From: the human T2T-CHM13v2.0 reference genome, Homo sapiens
Assembly (NCBI GenBank): GCA_009914755.4
Contig: CP068257.2
Location: forward strand, 8,640,001 to 8,704,000
Length of the DNA stretch: 64,000 nt
Direction of reading: 5' to 3'
The position numbers were made by a program, and so were the translations under genes. The notes beneath the pieces were generated by a model. The model was given only the letters and a program-made list of their open reading frames with translations. It searched no databases and had not been told where the DNA came from. How positions within the stretch are numbered: position 1 is the stretch's first letter; each line of letters opens with the position of its first letter. Shown one piece after another: positions 1-17,700 of the stretch.

Positions 1-1145
1 ACACCAAAGACATTGTATATACCTTTTCATATTTTCTAATTGTGAAGAAAATAAATTTTACTTAAAATGTTAATATTTGAATAAAGTATGCATTCATAAT
101 TATGTTCTTGTCTTTAAAGTTAATTTTCCAAGCAGAACTAAATCAGTTTTATCTTCAGTAGATCTTTTAGAAAGGAAGCAATCCTACTTTAGTCCTACTA
201 GGAAGATACACCACAAATGTTTATTGTGGTAATCTTTGAATAGTAAAATGAAAGGTGATTTTGGTTTCCTTTTCTATATGTTCTTGTATTATATTTTTCA
301 GGTTTTTCTCTAAGTTCTTTTCTGTGATTTTTAAAGCAGGGAGGAAAAATTAATTCAATCTAAACACTTAATGTTTCTTCCACAAGAAGTATCCTCATGG
401 CTATTTTGTTATTTTGTTTCACTTAGGGGAAAATGGCTTTGTTGGCCTCAAATAGCTGCTTTATTAGATGTAATGAAGCAGGGGACATAGAAGCAAAAAG
501 TAAAACAGCAGGAGAAGAAGAAATGATCAAGGTATTGATGACATTTTATACAGATGACTGCATTCACACATGCGATGTGACTGTATCTCTTTAAAATGTT
601 AAGTCATCATTTACTGTCACTTTAAAGATTTAGTTAATAGCTTTTTATAATGTGGTGTTTCAAATAGACTCATTTTTAATTATAAATTCCATAGTTGATG
701 GCTTGTTTATACAATGTGGTAGAGAAATCAGTGCATCTAGGAGCTACCTTGCCATTATCTCCATGGATTAGTATCTTTTTCTGGTAGTTCCACATGCTCT
801 TTTTAAGCTTTCATGTTCTTGTTTTCTTGCTTGTATTTTAAAATCTAATTTTTTAAATAGATAACATGTACACGTGGTCCAACATTTTTAAATAAAAGCA
901 TATGAAGATGAAGACATATGCCTACCATACATCTTACTCACCTGTGTCCCAGCTCCTGTTCCTCTTTCCCTTTGTTTTTTTATAGCCTCCTAAAATTTCT
1001 TTATAAACATATGAATATATTTATAATTTTCAACTGTTTTACACTAAAGGCAACCTCCTCTATAGTCTTCTAGACTTTGATTTTTTTTTCCTTAAAATTA
1101 TATCTTGGAGAGTTTTCTACTATTAGTTTGAATGTAGAAAGTTTT

Positions 1146-1192
1146 CTCTTTTTCTTGCTTTTCCTCTCTTTCTCTCTCTCTCTCTTTTTAAC
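1146..1192. repeat. (CT)n-type simple repeat
   Basis: Run ctctctttctctctctctctctttttaac read directly. Confidence 0.8.
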
Positions 1193-1194
1193 AG

Positions 1195-1425
1195 CCACAT
1201 AATATTCCATTTTAGGGATGTACCTTAATTTATTTAGTCTTTTGTAGATGGAAATTTAGGCTGTTTCCAGTCTTTTGCTCTTATAAACAGTGCTGCAGTA
1301 CATAATATTGAATATGCATCAATTTGTAGATGTGCGGGTGGACCTGAAGATAAATTTCCAGAAGCAGAATTACCAGGTGGGGGTATACGCATTTGTATTT
1401 ACATAATGCTTGAGCTTCTGTGATG
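1195..1425 (-). mobile_element. old L1 (L1M-like) fragment, antisense of ORF2 C-terminal region
   Basis: Motif tattccatttta...ggctgtttccagtcttttgctcttataaacagtgctgc matches the conserved antisense strand of the L1 ORF2 C-terminus. A paralogous motif occurs at 49560-49700. Confidence 0.4.
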
Positions 1426-1599
1426 ATAATCACTCTATGAAACATAAAAAATTATAGCAGAACTTCTGGGGCCTTAGCCCTTACATTTTAAAAATATTTT
1501 TATTAATAGTACCTGTCTTCTTTGCATTAGGAGAAACATGAATCACATAAAACATGATTTTTATTTTATTTTTAAAATTTGTGTGCATCACTAAGCTGG

Positions 1600-1674
1600 A
1601 AATAAAAGTTCCTTATTCCAGGCTAAATTCCCTCATCCGTAGTCAGACGCGTTATCCATTGCACCAGTGGCCTG
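1600..1674 (-). pseudogene. tRNA-Arg (anticodon ACG)-derived fragment, 3' half degenerate
   Basis: Minus strand reads ggccactggtgcaatggataacgcgtctgactacggat. About 35 of 38 nt match the 5' two-thirds of human tRNA-Arg-ACG (GGGCCAGTGGCGCAATGGATAACGCGTCTGACTACGGAT). The downstream T-arm is not conserved. Confidence 0.45.
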
Positions 1675-1844
1675 TGCACTCCCTAATCCTACTCTTTGTT
1701 TTACATCATTGTAAAAGTTACACAGACATCTTCATATCAAGGTGAAATTCTAAATAATACTGTTAATATAACATAGATAAATCAGGTAGTTAAGTGGAAT
1801 TTGATGAAAACATTTAAGGCTTAATTTTTTAGACTCACAAAAGC

Positions 1845-2064
1845 CACTGATCTTTAATGATAAACATATACCAGGATATGTCTAAAGAATAACTCCCTGC
1901 TTCTTGACACATGGCTTTTGTGTGTCTTGGCATTCCATCGCAGTACTGAGCAAATGCACCGATCTTTAATGATAAACATATACCAGGATATGTCTAAAGA
2001 ATAACTCCCCCCTTCTTGACACATGGTTTTTCTGTGTCTTAGCATTCCATCGCAGTACTGAGCA
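1845..2064. repeat. tandem duplication, 2 x 108 bp, period 112
   Basis: Copies at 1845-1952 and 1957-2064, beginning cac(t/c)gatctttaatgataaacatataccagg and ending gcagtactgagca, about 95 percent identical. Confidence 0.9.
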
Positions 2065-4009
2065 TCCTGAACCTTGCTTTGTTTGTCTCTGTTGGGAATC
2101 ACAGGTTGCATCCAGTCTGACCCAGATTTGCTCTGTAAGGCATGATGGGGGCCAGAGTGGAAGGCTCTAAGAGAGGGGGCAAATGCCTTTTCTAAAATGC
2201 CCTTCGTTCTTATAATTAGAGCATAAAAATTAATGTTACATTTTTCTCTACTTCCAGTGTAATTTAAAAGCATCTATCAATTCTCTGTACGTGCTTCATG
2301 TTAGATTTCCGGTCATGTGTTTGATTTTCTTTTTAGAATGGTCTTGATTTCAGATAATTTCAAATCTAAAGCCCAAACAATTTCAATCTAAAATGTAGGT
2401 TTTTCTTACAGTTAGAGAAGTGAAATGTTATATTTTTTCATTGCATGCATCCAGCACATGCGTTGTAGTCTTGAATTTCCATAATGCTCCTGTGAGGTGG
2501 ATGTGAGCTCAGCCTTACAGACAGGAAGACAGCCTCTGACCCTCCTTACATCCTTATGGTTTTTGTCAGTCAGTTCATGGTAATCACAGTGATTTCAAGG
2601 TGTGTTAAGACAGGATGTGTACCGAGGCCCATCTGACTCCAGAGGCCAATCTCAGTATTTCATAGCACATTGCTTCTCAGGAAACAGGTCATTGAGGAAA
2701 TGCAGATGGGTTTGTGACTTACATTTAATTTTATTTATTTATATTTTATTGTATCATGTTTAAATTATTTTTCATCTGGATATCATCACAAAAGTGTTAT
2801 TGAAGGCAACAATGGCAAATATATGTGCAGTGCTTTGCACTTATGCAAAGATACAAAGATACACAAAGATTGCGTTTTTCACTATTTAAAGCAATTTTCA
2901 GATGAAATACAAAGTTTTCTGGGTCTCTTAGGTTAGTCAAGTACTTGGAAGCTCTGAACAGTGGTTATTTAAGACTCTTTTTGTACCATTTAATTGCAGG
3001 CTTTCCTAATCTCTGTCAGCCCTTCACCTTTATGACCTTGCCTTATCTACCAGAACACAGATCCCTCTTACTAAAGGTAGCATTGTGTTACAGGCACTAA
3101 CAGGGAATGTTTTCAGGCCTGGGACCCCTCTAATCAAAACTGTCACAAAGATGTCATTGGCACAAAGACGTTATTTGTCATCACTTTCTAAGCAGCCCTG
3201 GAACTGGACTCTGGCCACAGAGATCCCTTAGGAGACATGAGTCCTTACCATTGCCAATTGCCTGTTCTGTGGGCGATCCTAATTGTTGAATGCAGATCAA
3301 TTAACTTATGACATGTGATAGTAAACACCTATCCAAACTTAGGAGAATATAAGAAGCCAGTAAAAGAGGTGGATTCCAATTAATTAAAAACAAGTTGTGT
3401 AATGTTAAAAGTTTTAATACTTTGATAATAGTCTGTGCAATGTAAAATAGCTATTAAGCTTTCAGTCTGATCAAATGAACACTTGTCTATAGGGATAATT
3501 TGATCCTGGTGTATTCACTTGGAGGACAAAATTAAATGAATGATTGCTTTATTGTCTAGCAGGATCTGATGTGTAAAATATTTCTGAAATAATTTTGTCT
3601 GTAGTGTTTCTGACAAAAGGACTGGGAAGAAGCATGTGATAGCCCTTACTCATATAGATTATATATATATGAAGTAAAAATGCATAGCAAGAACCTGTCT
3701 TTTTCTGAATATAGTTGCTCAGTTAATTTTTTTCTTCTGCATAAGAAATCATCTCGAATATTCTTATGTGATACGTAAAGTGGGGAAGGTGGAAGATAAA
3801 CATATAACCCATTGGATTCTCTTTTCCATTATCTAGATTAGATCCTGTGCTGAAAGAGAAGCCAAGAAAAAAGATGACATTCCAGAAGAAGACAAAGGAA
3901 ATGTAAAACAACATGAAATCAATTATGTGTATGTATGCTTTTCCTTTTAGACCTACAGATTTGACAGTGAAGTGCTTCTCAAAGTGCTTTCAAAATAAAT
4001 TATCTAATT

Positions 4010-4160
4010 AGCTGGGGATGGTGGTGCATGCACGTAGGCCCATCTGCTCGGGAGGCTGAGACAGGAGGATTGTTTGAGCCCAGGAGTTCAAGGCTGCAGT
4101 GAGCTCTGATCACCAGTGCATTCCAGCCTGGGTGACGGAGGAAGATTCTGTCTGAAAAAA
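4010..4160 (+). mobile_element. Alu right-monomer fragment (FRAM-like) with A-tail
   Basis: gctggggatggtggtgcatgcac...ccagcctgggtgacggagg...aaaaaa. Confidence 0.7.
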
Positions 4161-4494
4161 TGAAAACTGATGGACAAGAAGAGGCAACACAATGTAGCCT
4201 CTAGGAAAGAGCACTGAGCTAAATTCTTTTCTTGAGGGTTCTGTTTTCCTAATCATCCTACCAGCCCCCAAAGCTAGTCACTCGGGTTAGTCAATCTCTC
4301 TATTCATTCATAGAATGGGCGTGATGCCAGTCAAAGGCTGTGCTATGGTCAGGACACAGGGGACTCCAGCCAGCATGCCCTAATAGAAGTGGGGCCTTGT
4401 GCTACCCAGTCAATGAGTGGCCGTCCTCTTGAGAGGTCACAAAGGTCATCTTGTTGTTCAAAATCTCCAGCTTATTAAAAAAAAACACAATTAG

Positions 4495-4793
<299 letters not shown>

Positions 4794-7379
4794 TACAATT
4801 AGATTTTTTTAATAAGTGAAAAAGAAATTAACAGTATTTATAAATTTAATAGTAAATATATATAATCAGAGTTTGAGGTATTTTTCAATGAAGACATTTT
4901 CTTTGCAGAAAGAAATTTCAGAGCTTCCAGGACCACAAACTTAAAATAAGTAAAGAAGACAGTAAAATTCCTAAAAAGGCTCAGAAAGATGGATTTTTGC
5001 ATGAGATGCTTAGGGATAGGTAGCTATTTACTTATTTTCACTATTTTCAGTAACCAATAGAAATGGCATGTAGAAAACCTATATTCTCTTAAATTACTGT
5101 AGTTTTCACATTTTTGTCTTTATTTCTGAGTGTGGCAATATTACCTAGAGAGGACATCATGAGTTTGGGAAAAGACTGTCAACAAAGAATATCTAAAAAT
5201 TATAACCGATTCTAAGTATATACTTTAAGAAATTCAGGTTAGACTCTATCTACTTCATAAATTTATCATTTTCTTTTTATAACTATTAGAACCGAGTTAG
5301 AAAGAAGCAGTTTGACTAATATAAAAATTATGTGGATTCTGTTAGAGTAGTTCAGGTTCCTTAAAGTAAGCATAGATCAACTAAAAAACTAAGTATAAAA
5401 GCTAAATAAGTGAAATTGAAGCAGTTTTATTGTAAGATTTGGAAGAGTGCAGGATGTTTATCATAGCACATTATTAATATTTATTACTCTTCCTATGTAG
5501 ATAAGTGATGTCCTAGATTTACAACATAGAAAAACAGGTAGAGACGTTTAGCTGTGAGTGTACAAGTATAAATCAATTAAGTGCCAGATTTTGATAATCA
5601 CCAGCTGCTCATTCAAGTCCTATGTTGCAAAGTTACTTTTACCCTTTATTTACATTACTTGATAAAGGTAATGTTTAATTACATATTTCCTGTTAACTAG
5701 CTGGTAGAGTTCATACCTAAAGTCAGTAAATAATGTTAAGAATTTTTTCCAGCTGAGCAAATGAATATGTATCTAGTTGTAAGAAATCAAGAAGAGGATA
5801 TAAAATATAATCAGGATGTGGACTCTAAAACGGAATAAGCTCTGTGTCCTGTAACTTTTTTCACTTGTAATAATACAGCATTCTCACCCTGTTAAATGGA
5901 AACTTAGAGCACCCTTAAATTCTGGAATAGTTAAAATTGCTATTTAGATTGAAAAGCCCTTAGGCAACATTTATTGAATATTAGGAAATAACTTTTATAA
6001 GATTAGAATCCACTTTTTATAGAAACCAAATTTAAAAGTATACATATTTTAATATAAGTGTTGTGGTAATACAATAACCAAAATTGAACACACAGTTTTA
6101 AAGCTTTTTATATTTAATAGCAGTTGAATATATATGGCATGTTTTACATAGATTAATTTTACTATTTTTCTTTGTTTAAACAAGAGAACCAAATTGAAAG
6201 CCTACAGATACTGAAGATGACTGGAATTTTTGTTTCTGTCTTATCTTTTTGTGTTTTTTTCTGAATAAACAATTCAGAGGAAATGCTTTTACAGAGTTCT
6301 TGAGTTGTTGTGAAATTATTGTTTAGCTAGTAGCTAGTTTAACCAGGATTAAACAAGTTTAATCAGGATTCTTCATGGATGTACTTTTTAGCTAACTACA
6401 GTTTTTCACATGGAAATGAAACTTACAGTACACACTTAACGTACCACAGAATTTTTTTCTGGATTTCCTGTCCTGAAGCATGAAGTGTACTAGAAACCAA
6501 TTCTTCCTGCGCTACTTGTGGAATCTTTCTTACTGGATCATAATCTTACTTTACTTTATACAATAGATGCTTAATCAGTGCCTTTAATAGGAAGTTAGAA
6601 ACTCCCAATCCAATCAACAAGGCTTTGATTCTACCTCCTAAGTACTACCCAGATCACAGAAAATCCAAATATCAGAACTAGGGGCTGGGCAGAGAGGACA
6701 AATCATCTATTAGGGAGTGGGACAGAAAGTGGAAACATTACAAAGGAGCAAGTAGGCTCAGAACAGAAGGGAGAGTAGTACGGGGAAACTCTCTACTGAG
6801 GACAGTTTTGCCACAGTAGATATGTATGTGATGTTTTTGTCCTCGTGGGCTGGAATGGAAGCTGATAAAGAAGTTCAGATGCTACATGTTGCTTAGGTCT
6901 GCTTTGTTGAAGCCTGTCTCTTTCAGAGTTCCTAAACACAATATTCCTGTGGCATCTAATCCCAGTGAGTGCTCCAAATCCAGGCTGTGTATCAGATGCC
7001 ACGGGAAATTCTGCCTCAGGACTGAGGTTGGTTCAAGCATCTGGATGATGTCAAAAGTCCACGTTGTGTGCTGGCCTAACCTGAAATACCCTATCTAGTT
7101 CTAGCCTTTAAATTCCTTCTGTCACCAAATCTAGAGTTACATGGCGTCTGTACAAGCTAGGTAGCTGAGGCATGGGATCAGCCCTATAAAGGAGCTTTTG
7201 GAGCTTTTGTTGTAGGTCTAGCTTCAACTTGGCACTCCAGTTCCAATAGCTGGACTTTCTCCCATCGTGTGTTCTGATCCTTGGATTGGGAACAAAGTAA
7301 CCACTCTGATCCCACAAAGCAGTGGTTCCAGTTCCTAACCAGTGACTGTTTTGCCTCCCAGGGGACATTTTTGGTTTTC

Positions 7380-7720
7380 ACAACTGGAATATGGTGTTAG
7401 AGAGTAGAGGCTAGGGTTGCTGCGAAGCATGTGGCAGAATCCCGTTCCGCTCAGAATGCTAACAGTGCCAAGGTTATGGAGCCTTCCCACCCAAGGGCTT
7501 GGTCTTTTCCTTGATTTTGCCAGCTCCCTAACCCTTAAACAAAACAGTTCAAATCTATATGCATAAGCATCTCCTAGGGACCTGCACGTTTCCAATATCG
7601 ACTACTGAGACCCATCCGTAGAGATGCAGGCTTAGGAGGTCTAGGATTGGGCTCAAAATTTGCATTTTAACAAGTACTCCAGGTCATTCTGAAGCAAGTG
7701 ATACAAACCACAGAATGAGG
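7380..7720 (+). mobile_element. possible MaLR (MLT1-like) LTR fragment
   Basis: Motif atttgcattttaacaagtactccaggtcattctgaagcaagtg resembles the conserved MLT1 core ctgcattttaacaagatccccaggtgattc. Confidence 0.3.
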
Positions 7721-8831
7721 AACACCGCCTTCAAGAGACTGAATCTTGCTTCCCAACACTAGCTTGGTATCTGAGACCATCTGCCTGCTGACTGGCTTTC
7801 CTGTCACAAACATTCTGCATGTGGGCACAGTGTGTTCCTGGACTCCATGTCAACCCGTTCACCCTCATGTTCCCTTGGTTCCTCTCCCCAGTCCAGCGAG
7901 CAGAACTGATTACAGATCTTGACAACAGAAGATACAGATTTAAAATAACTTGCCTGTTCCCGGGGACTTTATCCACTAGTGAAGGAGGACAAGTGGACAA
8001 GGGGAGAGGGTAGGTGGGGGCTCCTTCCCTATTCCTCCCATTCCACTTTATACAAACCCCAGCTAGACCACTGGGAGAGCAACGGAGGTTAAGAATGACT
8101 GCATCTAAATATTGTCATCTGGTCCACTCTTCTTCCATCTTGTACACAAGGATATCATGAGTTTTGTTTAAAGCACTACTAAAACCAAGATAAACTTTGG
8201 CTTAGCATGCCTCTGATGGATCAGTCTAGTAATCTTATCAAAACCAAGATTACCTAAAAGCACTAACCAAAGGAAAAGCTCCCTCACCCCAACCTATGAC
8301 TGCTCACATTTTTCAGATTGACTCATTTCAATTGTATTTTAAGGTTCATTGACTCTTTACCACCTTCAAGCTGCTCCTGAACACAACTGATTATTATTTT
8401 TTAATTTTGAAAACTTTCTCACTTCTGGAATTTCCACTTGAGTCTTTGTTATTATTGTAGTTTCTTCTTCTCTGCTGTGATTTCCTATCCATTTATTTTA
8501 AGGGTTTTTGGGGTTTTGATTTTAGTAAGAATTACAATAACTACTTTAAAAATCCACACTAATTCCAACATCTGGGTCGTCTCGAGGTCAGTCTCTATTC
8601 ATTGCCTTTTTCTTTGAATATGTTTCTTTACATGTTTGATATAATGGGATTGAATTCTGAAGATTGTAAAACTAGATTTTGTTTTGTTCCTCTGAAAATT
8701 TTGATAATTTTTTGTTGTATTTGTTGTATTTTGTTTGATTTTTTTTCTATTATATACTTTACAATAATTTTTCTCCAATGGTTTTAACATTTCTATTTCT
8801 CAAAATATTTATGTCAAAAATTATACAAAGT

Positions 8832-8958
8832 AGCTTGGTGCAGTGGCTTCCATCTGTAATCCCAGAACTTTTAGAGGCCAAGGCAGGAGGGTCACTTGAG
8901 CCCAGGAGTTGGAAACCAGCCTACACAACAAGGCAAGACCCTTTCTCCACAAAAAAAT
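8832..8958 (+). mobile_element. Alu left-monomer (FLAM-like)
   Basis: agcttggtgcagtggcttccatctgtaatcccagaacttttagaggccaaggcaggagg...accagcc, then an A-run. Confidence 0.7.
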
Positions 8959-8960
8959 TA

Positions 8961-9041
8961 TTAGGGTGGGGTAAAAAGTAGTTGCGGGTTTTGCCATTAC
9001 TTTCAATGGCAAAACCCGGAATTACTCTTGCACTAACCTGA
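8961..9041. mobile_element. MADE1 (Hsmar1-derived mariner MITE), ~81 bp, flanked by TA
   Basis: ttagggtggggtaaaaagtagttgcgggttttgccattactttcaatggcaaaacccggaattactcttgcactaacctga versus MADE1 consensus ttaggttggtgcaaaagtaattgcggtttttgccatt...caccaacctaa. There is a perfect 14-bp inverted repeat at 8985-9018, and TA dinucleotides sit at both junctions. Confidence 0.7.
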
Positions 9042-9050
9042 TAAAAAATA

Positions 9051-9350
9051 AGCTGGGTATGGTGGTGACGTGTGCCTGTGGTCTCAGCTATTTGGGAAGT
9101 GAAGGCAGAGATGGGAGGATTGCTTGAGCCCAGGAGTTCCAGACCAGCCTGAGACCCTGTCTCTATGAGAAAAAAAAAAAAAAAATAGCTGGGCCCACGT
9201 ACCTGTGGTACTAGCCACTTGGGAGGCAAAGGCAGAGGTGCCAGAATCCCTTGAGCCCAGAAGCTCAAGGCTGCAGGGCACTGTGATTGTGTCACTGCAC
9301 TCCAGCCTGGGTGATGGAGCACGACCCTGACTCCAAATAATAATAATAAT
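9051..9350 (+). mobile_element. Alu (older, AluJ/S-like), dimeric
   Basis: agctgggtatggtggtgacgtgtgcctgtggtctcagctatttgggaag...gcactccagcctgggtgatggagcacgaccctgactc, followed by a (TAA)n/A tail. Confidence 0.85.
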
Positions 9351-10860
9351 TACAAAAAAGAAAGACCTAGAACACCAGGTTAGGGTTAAGTATTCTAAAA
9401 TTTAGCTGACTTACTCTGTTCTCTATAAAACAGGTTGCCACAGAAAATATAGCATGCCCAGTTAATTTGAAATTTCAGATAAACAAATACTTTTCTCAGT
9501 GTAAGTCTATCCCATGCAATATTTGGGACATGATTATACTAAAATATTATTCCTTGTTTATCTGAAATTGAAATTTAACTGGGTATTACACAATTATAGC
9601 AGCCTGACCATAAAAGATATGTAGGTTGAACAAAATTATACTTTAAACTTCAAGCTTTATAATAAATGCATTATTAATCAAGAACTATTATTTGCTGAGA
9701 CCTGTGTAGATCCCAATATTTATCTTTTTAAATGTGGAACTAGGAAAGCTACATAAAGAACATTTATAGAAATAAATTACTGCTCTATAGCTGAAAGGAA
9801 AACTCTAGCTTTTATTTTCCTCCCCGAACTTAAGGTTTATTCTACATTTGTATAAACAATAAAATTGCAGCTCAACTTTGGAAGCACAGATCATAATATA
9901 AAAATAAAGCAAAGGTCCCAGAAACATTTCACAGGCAACAAATCTTGCACATCATCTTACTATAGCAACTAAACATATAATAACTTAGAATGATCCACTA
10001 ATTATAAGTAAAGAATAAATTCTTTTACAAAGCATAACTATTAATATTATTGACCATCATAAGAGCAAATATTTTAAGTAAAACACCATGAATACTTTAC
10101 AGAAAGGAGCGAGTTGCAGACACAGTCATTCTTGGATTTCTTTCAACACCAGGCCTTCTTCCCTTTTGACCTGAACTGGGAGTTGAATATTTCCTCTCTT
10201 TGCCCACTGACCCTCTAGTCTCTGAAACATCTTTTGTACTAGAGGTATATGCAGAGACTTCCTGGAAATTTGGATTTGTAAATTGTGCTGTTGTATCTTC
10301 TAGGCATTGCAGTGATCCAGATATAGAGCTGTTGCTCTTGCTTGTATAAGTGTAACATTTTGATTCAAAAAAGGAAGTAAAAGGATGAGAGTTGATTACA
10401 TTTGGCTACTGACATTAATAATAATAATAATTGCACTTGTAATATAAACATCTGAAAGTTTTAGTTCTAAGAATGTCTGTCCACATAAGAAAATTATGTA
10501 AAAATAATTAATGTCTATTATAAGTATTTTCTTTAACCAAAGAAAAAGTATAATTTAAAGATGGCTGTTTACGGATCAAATTGCAGCAACTGGTAAAAGT
10601 AGATATTAGTCATATTTATTAAGTGACACACAGTGATACTGAAGGCACTTATTTTGCAAGAAACATCATTTTTTCCCAACAAGAACATACTACATGCAAG
10701 ACATGAAATGAAAATAAGCTTTAATTTTCACCACACTAGGGCGACAATCAGAGAACTGAGGTGATACAGATCCATTAGAGGACCATATCCGTGAGTCTGT
10801 CAGTCTCTACTGTAGGACAGAGCAAGAATTTTTAAAGAATTTCGGTTAAGGCTTCTTTTC

Positions 10861-10878
10861 AAAAAAATACAAAGATTA
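10861..10878. repeat. 5' target-site duplication of the L1 at 10879-12216
   Basis: aaaaaaatacaaagatta; an identical 18-mer occurs at 12217-12234. Confidence 0.65.
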
Positions 10879-12216
<1,338 letters not shown>

Positions 12217-12234
12217 AAAAAAATACAAAGATTA
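12217..12234. repeat. 3' target-site duplication of the L1 at 10879-12216
   Basis: aaaaaaatacaaagatta directly follows the poly-A and a short gatgct. Confidence 0.65.
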
Positions 12235-12930
12235 AAGCTTTTGAAACATAAATTATTTTTTCCAGTTATTACATTGAGGACAAAGTTATAGTTGCAAAAT
12301 TAAGATTTTTATAACTATCCCTAAAATTGATTCTCAGTGACTCCCTTGATCTAAATATGTTAAGGAAAAAGGCAAGATAAAGATGTGTTAAATATTTTCC
12401 AGTTTTTAATAATCAGCTTTAATATAAGGTACACCCAAATAATGGTTAATTAAATGACAATGAAAGTATGTTATAGCACATGCTCACTCATCAACATGCC
12501 TTGAAATTAAAGGTTTATAAGGTGCATAAGGGCAAAGTTTTTGATGTTGCCATTACATTCACAAAAGTATCTGAGGCACGTACAGCATGAAGTTCACTAA
12601 GTGCTTGCAACATAACCAGCACTAAATTTTGTTGAATAAATAAATGAATACATTTGTATAGCATCTGTTCAAAATCTCTGGTGTAAAAATAAAAATAATC
12701 TGAAAACCTGCAAAACTGAAATTTCCCACATACGGCTGTCAATTTGTACAAAACGATAAGACGAATTCCAAAATGAGAACATGACAATATAATCAAGTTT
12801 CAAAATGGCTGGTCGTTTTTAGCAAAACCCATGTTCAATAAAAGGAATAAGACATCAAATGTTTTGAGAACCAAAATTTTACTGCTGCTTTTCTAACACA
12901 CTGTTGTTAACCTGAGCTCCCATCCTCTTA

Positions 12931-13019
12931 CTGTCTATAACAGATTTTCATCATAAAATACAAGAAACAGGCTGGATGCCTGTCAGTAACAGATTTTCAT
13001 CATCAAATACAAGAAACAG

Positions 13020-13020
<1 letters not shown>
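12931..13020. repeat. tandem duplication of a ~41-bp unit, period 49
   Basis: ctgtctataacagattttcatcataaaatacaagaaacagg, then ctggatgc, then ctgtcagtaacagattttcatcatcaaatacaagaaacagg. It lies immediately upstream of the Alu. Confidence 0.85.
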
Positions 13021-16510
<3,490 letters not shown>

Positions 16511-17207
16511 GTCAAGAAACAACAGATGCTGGCAAGGCTGTGGATAAATAAACACTTTTACACTGTTGGTAGGAATGTTAATTAGTTCAATCATTGTGGA
16601 AGACAGTTTGGCGATTCTGCAAGGATCTAGAACCAGAAATACAATTTAACCCAGAAATCTGATTACTGGGTATATATGCAAAGGACTATAAATCATTCTA
16701 TTATAAAGATGCATGCACGCGTATGTTTATAGCAGCACTATTCCCATTAGCAAAAACATGGAATCAATCCAAATGTCCATCAATGATAGACTAGATAAAA
16801 AATGTGGTACATACACGCCATGGAATACTATGCAGCCATAAAAAGGAATGAGATCATGTCTTTTGCAGGGACATGAATGAATCTGGAAACCATCATCTTT
16901 AGCAAACTAATACAGGAACAGAAGACCAAACACCACATGTTCTCACTCATAAGTGGGAGCTGAATAATGAGAACACCTGGACACAGGGAGAGGAACAACA
17001 CACACTGGGGCCTGTCAGTGGGGATGGGGAGAGAGAGCATCAGGATAAATAGCTAACACATGTGGGGCTTAATACCTAGGCACCTAGGTTGTGGGTTGAT
17101 AGGTACAGCAAATCATCATAGTGCACGTTTACCTACGTAACAAACATGCATATCCTGCACATGTATCCTGGAACTTAAAATAAAATTTAAAAAAATAAAA
17201 TAAAAAG
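16511..17207 (+). mobile_element. older L1 (L1PB/L1PA-old-like) 3' fragment: ORF2 C-terminus plus 3'UTR
   Basis: gtcaagaaacaacagatgctggcaaggctgtggataaataaacacttttacactgttggtaggaatgttaattagttcaatcattgtggaagacagtttggcgattc...aaataaaataaaaag, which is divergent from young L1PA. Confidence 0.6.
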
Positions 17208-17211
17208 AAAA

Positions 17212-17700
17212 CAGAAGAGTACAGCAAATTGGCTCACAGTTCCACAGCCTGTACAGCAAACATGATGCTGACATCTTCTCAGCTTCTGGGGAGGCCTCAG
17301 GACACTTAACAATCATGGTGGAAGGGAAAGCAAGAGCAGGAGGAAGAGAGAGAGGGGAAAGGTCCTACACACTTTAAACAACAAGATCTCATGAGAACTC
17401 TATCACAAGAGCAGAGCTAAGGGGTTTGTGCTTAACCATTAGAAACTACTCCCATGGACCAGCCACCTCCCAGCAGGCCCCATCTCCGACAGTGGGAACC
17501 ACTGGAGGCTGCTCCCGTGGACCCGCTGCCTTCCAGTAGGCCCCGTCTCCAACACTGGGAACCACTGGAAACTGCTCCCATGGACCAGCCACCTCCCAGC
17601 AGGCCCCATCTCCGACACTGGGGATTACATTTCTACAGAAGTTTCCAATAATTCTGGAACACATACTAATAACATATTTATAAAAATACAGTCCAAAGTA
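17212..17700 (-). mobile_element. ERVL-MaLR LTR (THE1/MST-like), antisense
   Basis: ggctcacagttccacagcc...tggggaggcctcaggacacttaacaatcatggtggaagggaaagcaagagcaggaggaagagagagagggg...cacactttaaacaacaagatctcatgagaactctatcacaagagcag matches the reverse complement of the THE1/MST LTR consensus. Confidence 0.5.
17451..17625. repeat. 63-bp tandem repeat, about 2.8 copies, inside the MaLR LTR
   Basis: cccatggaccagccacctcccagcaggccccatctccgacagtgggaaccactggaggctgct repeated at 17451, 17514 and 17577. Confidence 0.85.

Noticed and set aside
1854-2273. 139-aa minus-strand ORF
   Set aside because: It spans the 108-bp tandem duplication and AT-rich unique DNA and has no protein-like features. It is a chance ORF.
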